A stretch of 64,000 nt of DNA from the human T2T-CHM13v2.0 reference genome, Homo sapiens (GCF_009914755.1 NC_060927.1), one strand, 5' to 3'. Positions 11,002-26,100 are shown, counted from the stretch's first letter. Notes: generated by a model not told the origin, from the letters alone. Program-made: numbers and translations.

Positions 11002-12789
11002 GATTATTTATTCATTGATTAGGAAACTACTCTCATTTTATGATTTATATAGTTTATTCATGACAGTCTTCAGCTATCTGACATTTGCAAAGGAAAAATT
11101 TTAAATCTCATCCTGGGGGACCTAGGGTTATTCTACCTAACATCATAAGATCTATCCTGCACTCCTCTCTCCTGCCCCAAGTAATACTTCCAAATGTGCC
11201 TCTAGAAATGACTGTCTAGGAGTATGGGAGATTGCTGAATTCTCATCTCTTTCAATTGCAGAATGTATTTGTGTTTTCTTTACTGGAACTCCTAAGAGAT
11301 GATTCCTTCACCCTCCCACACTTTCTCCCATTCCCTAACAAGTATGCTCTTCCCACCTGACCATGCTCTGGGGCTACATAAACCCAGGTTTCAGTTGCTT
11401 ACAGGTGTGACTGAAGCCAGTGGGCCAGTGGCACCATACATCTGAGTCTCCAATTTTCACCGATGATCTAGATACAGCCTGAGGTATGTAGGCAGGAAGG
11501 GGTGTTGCACCATGGGGCAGGTTTCATAACACCCCACTGGGAACAGAGCAGACAAAGTAAATATTATCCTGACTTGCTATTAGAGAGGAAATGAGGCAGA
11601 AGAACTTGCCAATGATGGCATGGTTGATGTGGGGCTCACTCTCTCTCCTGGTGAGTCAGCAGCAGCCCTGCTGAGAATACATCTTAGGAAGGCAGCTCCC
11701 ATTCCATTTTGCACAGACGACTGTAATACATTTGAGGCACATCATTGGAAACCAGTGCTCAAAAATAGAACCAGCCTCATCTATAAATTGCTTATAGGCA
11801 TTTTCCATAGTCCTACGATGTCATGTTAAAGGGCTTCCAGACAGATACTGCCCATATATTTGACTGGAGATTGTGAGTCAGTTCAACAAAAGAAAATATC
11901 TTGAACTTCCAGGTAATAGAAACATTAAGTTTGCAGCACTCTAGTTAGCCTGGAGTGGCCCGGCAACAGGAAACAACATCTGTGCGCCATACTTCCTCCC
12001 AACATACCAGCACAATATGTGTCTTTCTTCACATAGTGACCAACTTGATCTTTCACTTTGCCATTTGAAATTACGATTACTTACTTAGAAATATCCTAAA
12101 ATCAAAGCAACGGACTTGAATTTTATAGAGCATGTCAATTTCCTTCTCTCATCACAAAAACTGTATTATGACTTTTTGAATGCATGTCTTGATTACAAAT
12201 TTGATTCTTCAGGGTCCTATTCAATGTAAGGACAACAGAAATTTCAGAGACAAGCATATGGTACTCTTTTACACTTTGTAATTGGCAATCAACAGAGTTG
12301 GATACTTTTCCTGAAAAAGATACCTCCTTCATGAAATGAGGCCTATTGACACTGTCTGACTTCAGTTCCTTTATTATATCACCTTGGTGATTGCAGAAGT
12401 CATTGATTTTATTCTCTGTGTTGTACTCTATTCCTATTTGATTTCTGAGAACGCTTCTCCGCTAAACTGTCATTAGCCTCCCTAAGCCGTTCACCCCCGC
12501 ACAAAGACTCCTTCCCTCTACATTAGGACACTTCCAATAGTATGTGACACTAACATATAAATGTTCTTGTTTATTTTAACCTCAAGATTCCTCAACTATG
12601 TGATCTCTTTTTATGACTTTATTTCTTGGACACTTCTGCTGTGCTTAATTCCTTGAAATCTAGTTTTTGCACTTGCTACTTTCCTAAAACATCATCATTC
12701 ATTCTCTAAGCTCTATAGTGACTATCCTGTTTACAAACTTAATAGTCTTTTCCATATATCATTTCTGACATATTTGCCAAAGTTGACTA

Positions 12790-13260
12790 TCCTGAGGCTT
12801 AGTGTAACTGTATAGCACACCAACCTTAAACTCAGTGACATGAAACAGCAACCACGTATTACTGCTCACTCTTTTTGTAGGTTGCTTGGGAATTGGTTGA
12901 TATAGGACAAATTTCTGTGGTGGCTCTTGCTTCAGCTCATGGCTGCTGGGGTAGCTTTGCTTTATGTTAATGCCATCCAGGGAGGCTCTTCTGCACATCC
13001 TCTTTTTATGACCAACAAGCAAGCTGGGGCATGTTCTTCTCATGGAAATGGTAGAGATACAAAAACTGAGTGGAAACATGTAAAGCCTCACAAGGCTAGG
13101 CATGGAGCTAGCACAATCACTTCTTTACACACAACATTGGCCAAAACAAGTCACATGGATAAACCCAAAGTTCAAGGTTGGAGCACTACAACCATTGCCA
13201 AGGTAAAAGTGTAGATGTAGGTAGTGGTGGAGAGTTGAAGCCATTCCTTCAGTCTGTCAT
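12790..13260 (-). mobile_element. MLT1 (MaLR) LTR
   Basis: ccttaaactcagtgacatgaaacagcaacc...gggcatgttcttctcatgg...cattggccaaaacaagtcacatgg. Confidence 0.7.
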
Positions 13261-14019
13261 GTCTGACACACTCCCCTACTTTGGCTTTTGTGTCTCCACA
13301 TCATTCTGAGTCTCTTCCTAGGTTTCTGATGACCTTTCACTAGATCCTTTAATTATGAAACTGGATTTTCAGCAATACTCTGTCTCTTGTCCTATGCTCC
13401 TATCTTTATCAATAAGATGCTTAAATTCAATTAGTATCTCAATGTTGAAGTAGCTCTCAGGTCTCTACCCCAAGCCCTATTTTCTCATCAATTTTATTTT
13501 GTTTATTTTACTAATACTTTAGTTTGTACAATTCACTGTTACCCTAGATTCAACAATTTAAAAAAACAACTTATTGTCTTTCACCTAAAAGCATCTTTCT
13601 CTCTTATTTCCTTTGACCCTTTCCAGTGGTTACACCATTACACTTCTTTATCCTTTACATTCCATATCATGCTTCATATTAGGTCTTAACACATTTTCTT
13701 AAGAAATTACTATTCTTTTCTTCCTAAAATGGCCCATACTTTCTTAGCCCCTGACCCCCAGTCAAATTCCATCCCCATCCTTCAAGGCTTAAGAAAACAT
13801 GGTCAATTTTTCTGCAAAGGTACCTTCTCTGACATCTCTAGACTTCTTTGGTTTTCTTTGCTTTCAAACTCCACAACTATTTTCAATCTCTGAGATTATC
13901 AATATTATCAATCATCAATTTGTCAATTCAATTTTCTCTGGTATAATTTGTTTTGTTCAATTTACATATATATCTATTCTCTGCAAACAGACTATAAACC
14001 AAAGAGACAATGTGTTGCA

Positions 14020-14232
14020 TTAAGGGAGTGTAGGATTTGGACACAAGCAAACTTGGTGTGAGTCATATTCAGCTTCTTATTACCTGTGTGCCTTGAGAAA
14101 ATTATTTAAAGTCACTGAGCATCAGTTTTTGCCTCTATACAAAATGGGTTATTTACACTGAAAAATCTTGCAGAAGAATAAAAGAGATCATGTATTGAAA
14201 GTACTCAGTACACAATACATTCTCAATAATAT
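14020..14232 (+). mobile_element. MIR SINE
   Basis: ttattacctgtgtgccttgagaaaattatttaa..ctgagcatcagttttt..ctatacaaaatggg. Confidence 0.7.
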
Positions 14233-14460
14233 TTTGGTTTTCTTTCCATTTTTCTTTCTTTTTGTCTCCCATAGCTTCTTCTTGTGCTTAATATTCCTAT
14301 GTTCTACTTACATGTATTCATTCCCTCTCTTTAATTCTAAAGCAAATTCCTTAAGGAGAAAATCTATGCATTTTATATCAACATAGTTATCTTCATATAC
14401 AGAAGACCTAAATTATGTGACCTGAAGTCTATATGTATTATGAAATTTTTTAAAAAGCCT

Positions 14461-14849
<389 letters not shown>

Positions 14850-15544
14850 CTAAAGTTTCTATTGAATGTTTCCAGTTATCTTGTTTTGTATGATTTTTCC
14901 CCCCTGCCCTGTTAAGGAATCAAGTCACCTTCTTCCCATAAAACATTTCTTAAAGAGTATCTGATGTTGGTCATTCCTAGCTCTGTGTAAATTTTAGCCT
15001 GAGTATTTCTTCCTCCAAGTGCCTTCCTAACAATTTATTCATTCATTCATTCATTTTGCTATTGATCAATGGCTTTTCTTGGCTGATAGAGATTATGCCA
15101 GTATGGGCCACATCAAACATGGATAGTTGGGTTCAAAAATGCCCAACACCCTCATTCTCTTCAATCCACTGAGACAGAGCAATTCCTGCCTCCCCCTCAC
15201 TCCCAGCCACTATCAGCAATTTAAGAAAATGTTATTTTCCCCATGACTTGAGTGAAAGCTTCTTGTCTGGTTTGTAGCTTTGTGGCTGACACAAAATTGG
15301 GAAAAATAGAATTCACAATGCTGTTAGTAAGATAGAATGGACAGAAGGCTGAAATCAAACCAATAAGGTAAAACTCAAGAGACAAACACCTATATTCAGT
15401 ACAAAATAAGCTTAATCTTATAACATTATATATAAACAAACAAGACAACAACAAAAAAATGAACACATTGAGATGCTGTTACTAAAGTACAAGTTATTCC
15501 TTGTTAGTGGAAACCCTAGTCCCATTTTACCCTGTCACATCTGG

Positions 15545-15810
15545 GGCACTGCATTAATTCTGCATGCAACACACCAGAAAGATCACTGACAAACTGGGAA
15601 CAATTAGAGGACAGCAGCCAGAGAATGGAGGATCTAGAAACCCTTCACCATAAGAGGCACAAGACAGATAGGATCTAGTTGCCCCTGATTATCAGGAGGT
15701 CTGCCTTGCTGGATAGAGTAGCCTTGCTTTATTTTGACCCACAGGGCAGAACTGGCACTGTCCAAAAACGAAAGGTCTGTCTTTTAGGGCTTTGAATTCC
15801 CTGTCTCTAA
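15545..15810 (+). mobile_element. L3/CR1 LINE fragment
   Basis: cactgacaaactgggaacaattagaggacagcagccagagaatggaggatctagaaacc and gacccacagggcagaact resemble the L3/CR1 3' ORF end. Confidence 0.55.
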
Positions 15811-15859
15811 AATTTCAAACTAGAGCTCTAGGGAACACTTAAAAGTGACTCCTTACATT

Positions 15860-15911
15860 TAGTCATTGTCAGGCATTGGTATAAACATTTCACATATCTG
15901 TCTATCATCTG

Positions 15912-15963
<52 letters not shown>

Positions 15964-16100
15964 ATTCTCACAACAACTCTTAAAGTCAGGTATGAGCATT
16001 ATTCCCATTTTAGAGGTAAAGGGACTGAGGCTCAGAGAGTTTGTTGCCCAAGGTCATATAGCTAATTAGGGGCAGAGCTGGGATTTGAATCTAGGCATTT
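15860..16100 (-). mobile_element. MIR SINE interrupted by (TCTA)n
   Basis: attattcccattttagaggtaaagggactgaggctcagagag..ttgcccaaggtcatatagcta..ggcagagctgggatttgaa. Confidence 0.85.
15895..15963. repeat. (TCTA)n tetranucleotide STR
   Basis: About 13 consecutive TCTA units preceded by TCTG variants. Confidence 0.95.
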
Positions 16101-16412
16101 CTTTACCATCTGTCTCTAAAAGGTGGTCAAGATTTTGAGTTGCCTTTCACCTCTAAGTCTTTTTAATAGAGATTATTCTTATTACAAAAGTAACAGTTAA
16201 AAATCCATCCATGCTTCATCTGTGATTTACATACCTTGTAAAGACTTATTCGAATCATGCATATTTTAAGTACTATCTGGTGGTAGAGCACAAGTAACAT
16301 ACAAGTTGTGGCATAAAATTGATTTCCTCTTTCTTTGCAAGTTACTGCACATCCAAATGGGTCATAACATACCCTTACTCCCTCTTGAATCACAAAGTAA
16401 ACCTTGAAGTTC

Positions 16413-16711
<299 letters not shown>

Positions 16712-16789
16712 AACCTTGATCTAAATCTCTGTTAATTATTAGCATTGCTTTGAATAATTCAGATGGGAGAAGAGAAGGAAAGTATACTG

Positions 16790-17010
16790 GTATTTGGTGA
16801 GCTTTTTCTGGAAGCCAGAAATGGTCTTTGGAGACATATGTATATTATATCACTTAATGAACTTAACAAGCTAAGGAGCTAGATATTATTCCCATTTTAC
16901 AGATGAGTAAACTAAATATCAGAGGAACCCACCTAACACTGCTATTAAGTTGCAGAGGCTACATTTGGACTCAGAGGCATGTGGTGCCAAAACATGCTTT
17001 TCAAACTGTA
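16790..17010 (-). mobile_element. MIR SINE
   Basis: tattattcccattttacagatgagtaaact. Confidence 0.7.
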
Positions 17011-17526
17011 GCAAATTGTTTCTCAGACACAAACACTAGGGCATCTACTGTGGGCTTGACCAAGTCCAAGAGCACCACAGGGTTTGTTATCTTGTTGGCC
17101 CTTTAAGAATACTTTCAGAGAAAGAAAAGAGACGCACACCTTAACAGAGATTATATGAGACTGGCCATCTTAAACAGATTGACAGCAACACTTGGTCTAT
17201 CTATAGCCTGAGAGTGGCTGAGGCTTGAGGAAGAAAGAGAGAAAGGGTGGAAAAGAGGAGGTTTCAAAGTCAAATCTGACAAGGGAAAATCCCTGGACAC
17301 CGGAACGTTCAACCTCCCTCTCCCTTCTCCAGTCCTAGCTGAGTCTGCCCAGCAACACTTTCCTGTTGGTCCCCACACACCACGTGGTACATTTCCTTAA
17401 ATGCCTGCTTTCCTTCTCTTTTCTTACTAGAATCATCCAGAAAAGAGGGCACAGCTTGCTCTACTGCATCAGGTCACCTCAGTGTGCTGCTAAATGGCTC
17501 CATCATGTGGGAAAGACCCAAACTTT

Positions 17527-18030
17527 TATATTAGTTATCTATTGCTGTATAACAAGTTACCTCAAAATTTAGTGGCTTAAAACAACAAAATGTTTATTTC
17601 ACAGTTTCTGTAGGTTAGGAATCTGGGAGGGAGTTAGCTGGGTAGTTCTGGATTAGGATCTCTCATGAAGCTGCAGCCAAGGAATTGATCAAGTCTGCAG
17701 TCTCTGAAGGCTTAATGAGCTGAAGGAACTACTTCCAAGATCATGCACTTGAATTTTAGTTCCTTGCTATGGAGGCTTCTCCATAGACCTACCAGGAGTA
17801 TGGTTTTCCCTAGAGCAAGTATCAAGTAACAAGGGGGTGTCGGGGGTAGGGGAAGGGGGATAAAATGGAATTTAAAATAATAACCTAATCTTGGAAGTGA
17901 TACACCATTATTTCTGTCATGTTATCGGTCACCCAGATAAACCCTCAAAAAATGCAGGAAGGGATTTTACAAAGGTGTGAATATCAGAAAGCAGAAGTCA
18001 ATGGGGTCATCTTTGAGGCTGGCTACCACA
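17527..18030 (-). mobile_element. MLT1 (MLT1E/F-like) LTR
   Basis: tatattagttatctattgctgtataacaagttacctcaaaatttagtggcttaaaacaac...ggggtcatctttgaggctggctaccaca. Confidence 0.85.
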
Positions 18031-19044
18031 TGTGCCATTGGTGGACTTTACAATCCTATGGGACCTTCAGTTAAAATGCAGGTGTTTCCAGAGAGGGTTA
18101 GCATATCACAGGCCATTCGGTAATTAACCAAGTAGCTGCAACCATGAAAAGCAGAGTTTATATGGGTAAGTTGTGTGTGGAGGGTTGATAGGAGGTATAA
18201 GAAAAAATTTTCTTTGGAGTTTTGGAGGAGGGACAGCGGGGAAGAATCTATTTATGGGAGAGAGTATTAGGATGGTGCAATGATAAACTCACCAAAAAGC
18301 AGGGTCCTGTTTAAGGGGAGGAAATAGACTAAGGGGAGTCTTTGCAAACATCAGCCACAGAGACTTTGGTGGTTGCACCCACAGTGTTTGTACAGAAATG
18401 GAGAAAAAAACAGGTGCTGCGGCTCACTGCTGGTTAATTAAATGTTGATTCCAAGGCAGCTTGTGGAATATGTGCACTATATATTATTCTCAGTTTGGTT
18501 TTTCTTCTTTTTAAAAAATCACACATTTTAATTAACCTTCAAGCCCTTGCTGGGGCTTTGAAAGAACTTAATTGGCCTGCAGGGATTGGAACACACAACA
18601 GCCAAAGAAAAGCTACATCTCAGTTGTTTTCACTCCAAGGACTTATAAAATTGAAATTATTGTTTTATTTCATTCTTTGAAGCCCAGAGCTACATGTAAA
18701 TTCATATTTGGAACTGGCAGAAGCATCCTTGAATACTTAAGTGAGGATCACAAAAAGGTATTTAAGCAGCAAGTTATATGTGAGTATTTAATACTTGAAT
18801 TTTATATTCATCTGGTATCTTTGAGTTTGCAATAAGAATAGTACTCTCCCACTTTTTGCTTTACTCAGTGAAGATGCAAAATACTTTGAGTGGAATTTAA
18901 TATGCAAAATTTCAGTCAGGTAGGAAATCTCTTGATATTAAGACCCCTTAGGAGATTTCCAAATGTTTTCAGTTTTGTCAAACATAATGCTGAGAATCAT
19001 AGTCAATTTGCATATTTCATTTTCCATATGATACAACATCTTTA

Positions 19045-19300
19045 CATGATAGCAAAAGTGTTCCAAGAAAGTCAAAGCAGAAGCTGGAAAGTATCTTCAA
19101 GCTTGGCCCTGGAAGTCACAAACAATAATTTCACCACTCTCTATTGATCAAAGCAAGTCACAAGGCCAGCTCAGTTTCAAATAATGGGGAAACAGACTAA
19201 CTCTTGATGGGAGGAATGGCAAGTCACATTGCAAAGAGGTGGGGACATAGAGAGGTGTCATTCGTTGAAAGTCATCATTGTAACAAATCGACCATATACA
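19045..19300 (-). mobile_element. MLT1 (G/H-like) LTR fragment
   Basis: gcagaagctggaa..ctggaagtcaca..ctattgatcaaagcaagtcacaaggccagc..ctcttgatgggagga. Confidence 0.7.
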
Positions 19301-20049
19301 CCGTGATGAACAACCAGAAACTTATAAATGGATTAGAGTTTTCTGACTCTGTACTGTGTCATGCACATTATTAGTGTTTGGTCATATATCAGAATACATC
19401 CTAAAATGATATTTTGCTTCTATCCAATCATAAAAAAAAATACAAAAGTGAGGGCAAAATGGATAAGGAATCAGCAGAGCCTCCAACCTTGGCTTAAACC
19501 CAGATTCTTGCTTCTTGATCTGTAGCTACTACTTCCCTTCTCTCTTTCAAGGAGACAACCACTTTACTGCTCCCTTTATTCTGAATTTTTTGGTGGCTGA
19601 AACTAGGTTAAAAGTAGACTTTTGAGCTTCGCTTCATTAGTCAGGGAATTTTGCTTAAGGTTATAGGGGAGATAATTTACTTTACAAGATTATGAGAATG
19701 AACCCACAGATCTATGAAGTACCTGTTGTTAGTGGTTATAAGCACTTTTCCAACCTCCATTTTCTTTACCTATCCCTCTCCATTTATTAATATTCCAAAG
19801 AATGAATATTATGTGAGTTTTGGTATGTGTGAGTTGCATTTAATTCAGAAGGATTTATTTGTCAACAATAACCTGGAAATGGAGTATTTATGCTTGATAG
19901 GCATCACATGTTCCTTAAGTATTACTATGAAATGTCAGGGTTCAGTCTTTGAGAAGAAATTTCATTATCAAAAGCTGGGGATAACTTGAGCACAATAATG
20001 AGCCACAGCACAAGAGAATCAAAAGATACAAGGGTGAAGAAGGAAAGGA

Positions 20050-20290
20050 CCTAACACTATCCTTAGCTCCTGCTATAAGCTAGGCACTGAGGTAGTCACA
20101 TAATCCACATGATCTCACTTGATTCACAGCTACCAGCAAGATAGTTACTTTAACCCTAATTTCACACACACACAAAAAAAGGCAAGTTAGAGAGGTTGGT
20201 AATACCTTAAGTCACACAGCTAGTAAATAGTAGAGCTTGAGTTTTGACTACATTTTGTCAATTTTAATGTCCATGTTCTTTTCATTGCAC
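20050..20290 (-). mobile_element. MIR SINE (degenerate)
   Basis: aagctaggcactg...gatctcacttgattc...aagtcacacagctagtaaatagtagagc. Confidence 0.55.
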
Positions 20291-21254
20291 TAAGGTAATA
20301 ACTTCATCTACAGTAATAGCAGAAACTCATTAAAAAAAATTCTCCATGTTATGCAGTGTTCTTTTCTGTAATTCATAGTTTAATTTGGGTTTCATAAATT
20401 CTTGAATTCATTATGCTTCAAAGTACAAATGTTATCAAGATAATCTGGATACTATAGACAGTTTAAAATTTACCCTTACTAGGAGTGTTTCTTCTGTTTA
20501 TCAATAGGTGATATATTGATTAAATAAATCACGGCAGAATAAACATGCAAACTGCTGATCAGTCTATTTGGTTGATAGCTGTTTGGTAAGAAAGAAGATA
20601 AAAATAATTGCTAGAACAAATTTACATTTTTTAAAGAATCTTCAGTTGCCTGCCTTATCTCTTTCCACTACTATTCTGGAAACGATGGTCTACATGCCAT
20701 TACGTCCTCTCTTGATTTTGAAAAGATTTCTCCCAAAATGAAAGCAACACGCAAACCTGGAAAATTCAATTCTCACAGAAGTGTGAATATCTCAAAAATT
20801 TTTTTCCAAGCAAGAGAAAATGTCATCTTAAAAATACTTCAATTAATTTTGCTTGGTATCATTAACAATTGAGAAAACTAGTAAGGACATGCTTCTTCTG
20901 AGAAAGACTAGAGCTGACAAACATGAACTGCTGCATGTCACTTTTATGTTTCTGTTTAATGCTCATTCAAGCTTTCACTCAGGCTGTTTGACTGGAACTT
21001 TGTTTCATATAAAAAAAAAAAAGATACATAAACCAGGGCAGTAGTTTTGTTTCTGGTTCATAAAGTTGCTTAGTTTAATTATAAATGCATTTGTGTCTCA
21101 TTATAATTTATGCATCTGAGATATTCTACACTAAATCTTTACACGGCTTCAATGTAAAGCTCAGTCTTCCAATTTCTGTCTCTTGTTATTTTTCCTGTGA
21201 ACCTAAAATGATGTTGGCTGACTATGAACCATGTTGAGAGAGAGGAGCTGTGCA

Positions 21255-21500
21255 ATAATAATTAGGGCTGGTGTTCTATGGAGTACTTACCATGTGACCA
21301 GCTCTTGGATAAGGCTTCCTATGCCTTAATTCATTGAGTGCTTGCCATACACTTATGGGATAGATGCTGTTATTAACCCCATTTGATAGAAAAGGGATTA
21401 AACTTTCAGGGAAGTTAAGGCATTGCACAAAGTGAAACAGCTATTAATGATGCAATTGAGACTGCAAATTTGTCTAGTCTGACAACAAACTCTCTACTCT
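21255..21500 (-). mobile_element. MIR SINE
   Basis: gagtacttaccatgtg...tagatgctgttattaaccccatttgatagaaa. Confidence 0.6.
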
Positions 21501-21857
21501 TGTCTTAGTTCATTCAGGCTGCTATAAACAAAACACTGGTGGTATATAAAAAACAAAAGTTTATTTCAAATAGTTCTAGAGGCTGGGAATTCCAAGATCA
21601 AGGCACTGGCAGATTCCATATCTCATAAGGACCCACTTCCTGATTCATAGATGGCAATCTTCTGACTGTGTCTTTGTGTGGTGAAAAAATCAGGGCATTC
21701 TTTGGGGTCTTTTTTATAACGGCCCTAATTCTATTTATGAGGGCTCTGCATTCATGACCATATCACCTTTCAAAGACTCTATCTCTGAATACAATTACAT
21801 TAGGAATTAGGTTTCAATAAATGAATTTGGGGATGACATAAGCATTCAGTGTATAGA
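21501..21857 (-). mobile_element. MLT1A-type MaLR solo LTR
   Basis: tgtcttagttcattcaggctgctata...gttctagaggctgggaattccaagatcaagg...aaatgaatttggggatgacataagcattcagtgtatag. Confidence 0.85.
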
Positions 21858-23187
21858 AACCCTCAATTACTATACTTGCTTCCCTTGTGATTTTTTAAAA
21901 TTAAACTTTTTATTTTGAAATAATGGTAGAGTTACATATAGTGTAAGAAATAATACAGAAAGATCCTCTGTAAATTTTACACATTTATCCAATAATAATA
22001 TCTTGCAAATTAGAGTACAAAATCACAACCAGAATATTAACGTTGATACAGTTAAGATATTAGTACAAAACAGTTCCATTGTAAGAATCTTCTTTTCTGT
22101 CCTCTTATAACGATACTCGCTCCTAACCTCCTAACCCCTGGAAACCACTAATCTGTAATACATTTATTATTTTGTCATTTCAAAAGTGTTTTATAAATGT
22201 AATCATATAGTATGTAACCTTTGGAGACTGGATTTTTAAACTCAGCATAATTCTCTCCAGATTCACCCAGACCATTGTGTATATCAATAGTTTGTTTTTT
22301 GTTGCTGCATGGTGTTCCAAGGTAACAATGTAACACTGTTTAACCATATATTCACTGAAAGACATTTAGGTGTTTCTAGTTTTTATCTGTTAAAAATAAG
22401 CTGCCATGAACATTTGTGTATAGGTTTTTGTGTGAACAAGTTTTCATATCTCTGGAATAAATGACCAAGCATGCAATTGCTGGGTTGTATGGTAATCGCA
22501 TGTTAATTTTATAAGAAACTTCCAAATTACTTTGCAGAGTAGCTATACCATTTTCTACTCCCATCAGGAATATATGAGTGGTCTAGTTTCTCTGCATCCT
22601 TACCATTATTTGTTGTTTTCACTACTTTTTGTTTTAGCCATTCTAATAGTTATATAGTGATACCTCATTGAGGTTTTAATTTGCATTTCTCTAATGGTTA
22701 ATGATGTTGAACATCTTTTCATGTGCCTTTTGACCATCTGTATATTCTCTTCAGTTAAATGTATCTTTATGTCTTTTGTTTTTAACTGTTGAGTATTGAG
22801 AGTTATTTACGTATTCTATATATTAGTTATGTAGGATATGTAGTTTGCAAATACTTCCAACCTGTGGCTTCTTTTTTTCCCTTTCATGGGATCTTTTGCA
22901 GAGCACAATTTTGAGGAGGTCTAATTTATCAATTATTTGTGCTTTTGATATCAAGTCTAAGAGCTCTTTGCCTAGGCCCAGATCCTGAAGATTTTATTTT
23001 TTTTTCTTTTTCTAAAAGTTTTGTGGATTTTTACATTTAGATCCATGATTCATTCTTGTTAATTTTTAAATCAAGTGTAAAGTTTAAGGCAAGGCTTCTT
23101 TTTCCCCTAAAGATGTTTAATTGTTGTAGGAATAGTTGTTGAAAACTCCATTAAGTTGCTCTTTAACCTTTGTCAAAAGTCATTTGG

Positions 23188-26100
23188 GTGGAAGGTTAGA
23201 GACAACAATCAGTGAGATAAAGACTAAGCCTAAGTGAGCTAAAATTTTGGCAAAGTTGACCAGAGTGATAGTAGAAAGCTCTAGTCTCTCTTTCCTACCT
23301 TGAGACACTTGGTTCACAATAATATGTGAACCCAATTGCTTTTTTGAGAACTCCAGAAACCATTCAATACTTTGCAGACCCCAGGTGAATACAAAGCCAA
23401 TAAAAACTACATCCAAGCAGGTAAGAAAGTATGTGGCATTTACTTGCTATATTCCCTCTCCCTGGCTGGCACATCGTGGTCTGATTGGAAGAAAACTCTC
23501 AACTTGAGGCTTCTCCCTTAGAAAGGAAAAAGAAGAAAAAATTGTGCATTCAATGTTCTGACTTTTGGGGGGCTATCTGAGGGGCTGCTTTCTGTCTCAG
23601 CTGATAAAAAGTCCTGATGAGAGCTGGCAGAGTTTGGATGACTTGGAGCTGCTAAGTTCACAAAGGTGAATGAATCAGCTTTTTGAAGCATTGGAGAGAC
23701 AATGTTACCATGCAAAGACATCACAGGGAGCAACAGATGTTGAACTCCTGGAAAAAAATGGAGAAAAACCTTTTTAACTGGGAAGTTACATTCATAAGCC
23801 CAGATAGAACATATCTCCAGAAAAGGTTTGAGAAGTCCCCAGAATCTCAATCTGCCCTGATTGGTGAAAGCCTTCCCTGAATGAAGTGAGTCAGTAATGA
23901 CTGGGAAAGGTGGTCTTTTTTTAAAAAAAATATTCATAATTTTAAAAAAGGTCACAAAGCATACAAAGAAGCAAGAAATGAGACCCCAATTAAAGGAGCA
24001 AATTAGATCTTCAGAAACTGGCCATGTAGAAATGGACATCTATTATTACTTGGCAAAGAATTCAAAATAACTGTCTTAAGGATGTTTAATGAAGTAAAAG
24101 ATAACACATAGAGACAATTACCCAAATCAGAAAAAAATGATGCATGAACAAAATGGGAATATTAACAAAGAGATAGAAAGTGTGAAAAAGAACCAAGCTG
24201 AAATTCTGGAGTGAAGAATAGGATAAATGAATGGATAAATTCACTAAAGATGTTCAACAGAAGATTTGATAAATCAGAAGAAAAAATCAGTGAACTTGAA
24301 GATGGATTATTTAAAATTACTGAGGCAGATAATAAAAAAGAAAAAAAGAATGAAGAAAGCTGAAAAGAGCCTGAGGAACTTATGAGACACCATCAAGTGA
24401 ACCAATATATACATTATGGCAATCTCAGAAGAAGTGAGAGAAAAATCAGCAGACAGCCTATTTGAAAAAGTAATAGCCCAAAAGTTTCAAATTTGAGGAA
24501 GAAAATGGGCATAAAATTTAAGTATCTCAACAAATTTCAAATAAAATGAACTCAAATATGCCAACAGCAAGACATAACAAAATTGTCAAAAGTCAGACAG
24601 AAAGAATCTTACTTATTTGTTTATGTAACTGACAAGTGAAAATTGTATATATTTATGAGATACAACATGATGTTTTCATATATGTATGCCTTGTGGAATG
24701 GCTAATCAAGTTAGTTGACATATGCATTACATCACATACTTATTTTGTGTGTGTGTGGTGAGAACACTTAAAATCTACTCTCTTAGCAATTTTTCAGTGT
24801 ACGATATATTGTTATGGGCTATAAGTCCTGTGATGTACAGTAGATCTCTTGAACATATTCTTTCTGTCTAACTGAAACTTTATGTGATTTGACCAACATT
24901 TCTCCAATTCCCAGTTTCTGGTAACCATCACTTTACTCTCTGTTTCTATGATTCCCCATATAAGTCAGATCATAAAGTATTTGTTTTTCTGCACCTAGCT
25001 TATTTCACTTAACATAATGTTCCCTAGGTTTACTCAGTTGCAAATGACAGAATTTCTTTATTTTGAAAACTTAACAGCATTCCGTAGTGAATATATACCA
25101 CATTTTCTTTATTTGCTCATCCATTGAAAGAGACAGGTGGATTCCATATCTTGGCTATTGTAAATAATGCTGCAATGAACATGGGAGTACAGATATCTCT
25201 TCAACATAGTGATTCCATATCTTTTAAATACATATCCCCTATAGTGGGATTTCTGGATTATATGATAGTTCTAATTTTAATTTTTTGAGGAATTTTCTAT
25301 ACTGTTTTCTATGATTGCTGTATTAATTTACATTCCTTCCAACAGTGTACAAGGGTTCCCTTTTCCCCACATCTTCACTTCACCAAGATGTTTTATCTTT
25401 TGTCTTTTCAATAATAGTCTTCCCAACATGAGTGAGATAATATCTCATTGTGGTTTTAATTTGCATTTCCTTGATGATTAGAAGAGAGAATCTTGAAAGC
25501 AGTCAGAGAAAAGTGACTCATCATGTACAAGGGAGTTTCCATAATAGTATCACAAATTTATCAGTAGAAATCTTGTGGGCCACAAGGAATAGGATAATGG
25601 ATCCAAAGTTCTGAAAGAAAACAACCTGCCAATTAAGAATGCTGCATCTAACAAAACTGTACTTTAAAAATTATGGAGAAATGAAAACTTTCCTAGATAA
25701 ACAAAAGCTAAGAGAACTCATTACCACCTGACTTGCCTTATAAAAAATACGAAAAGAAGTTCTTCAAGTTGAAATGGAAGAATTCTAGACAAAAACTTGA
25801 AAGCACATAAACGTAAAAATACAAAGCTCTCTGGTAAAGGTAAATTTTTTGACAAATCTAGAATCCTGTATTATTGTAATGCTGATCATAAATCAGTTTA
25901 AATTCTGACATAGAATTTAAAAGACAGACATGAAAAATAACTGTAGATCTATGTTAATAAATATACAATATAAATAAATGCAACTTGCAACAATAATGTA
26001 AAGTATAAGGGGTACAAAGCAAAACAGCAGAGTTTGTTGATTCAATTAAAATTGAGTTATTCTCAGTTTAAAATAAATAGTCATAACTTTAAGATGTTTT

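Noticed and set aside
13270-13990. Possible degenerate L2 body
   Set aside because: Only scattered pyrimidine-rich resemblance; boundaries cannot be defined.
23518-24039. 173-aa minus-strand ORF
   Set aside because: It is antisense to the 5' region/ORF1 start of the old L1 and has no recognisable protein features.
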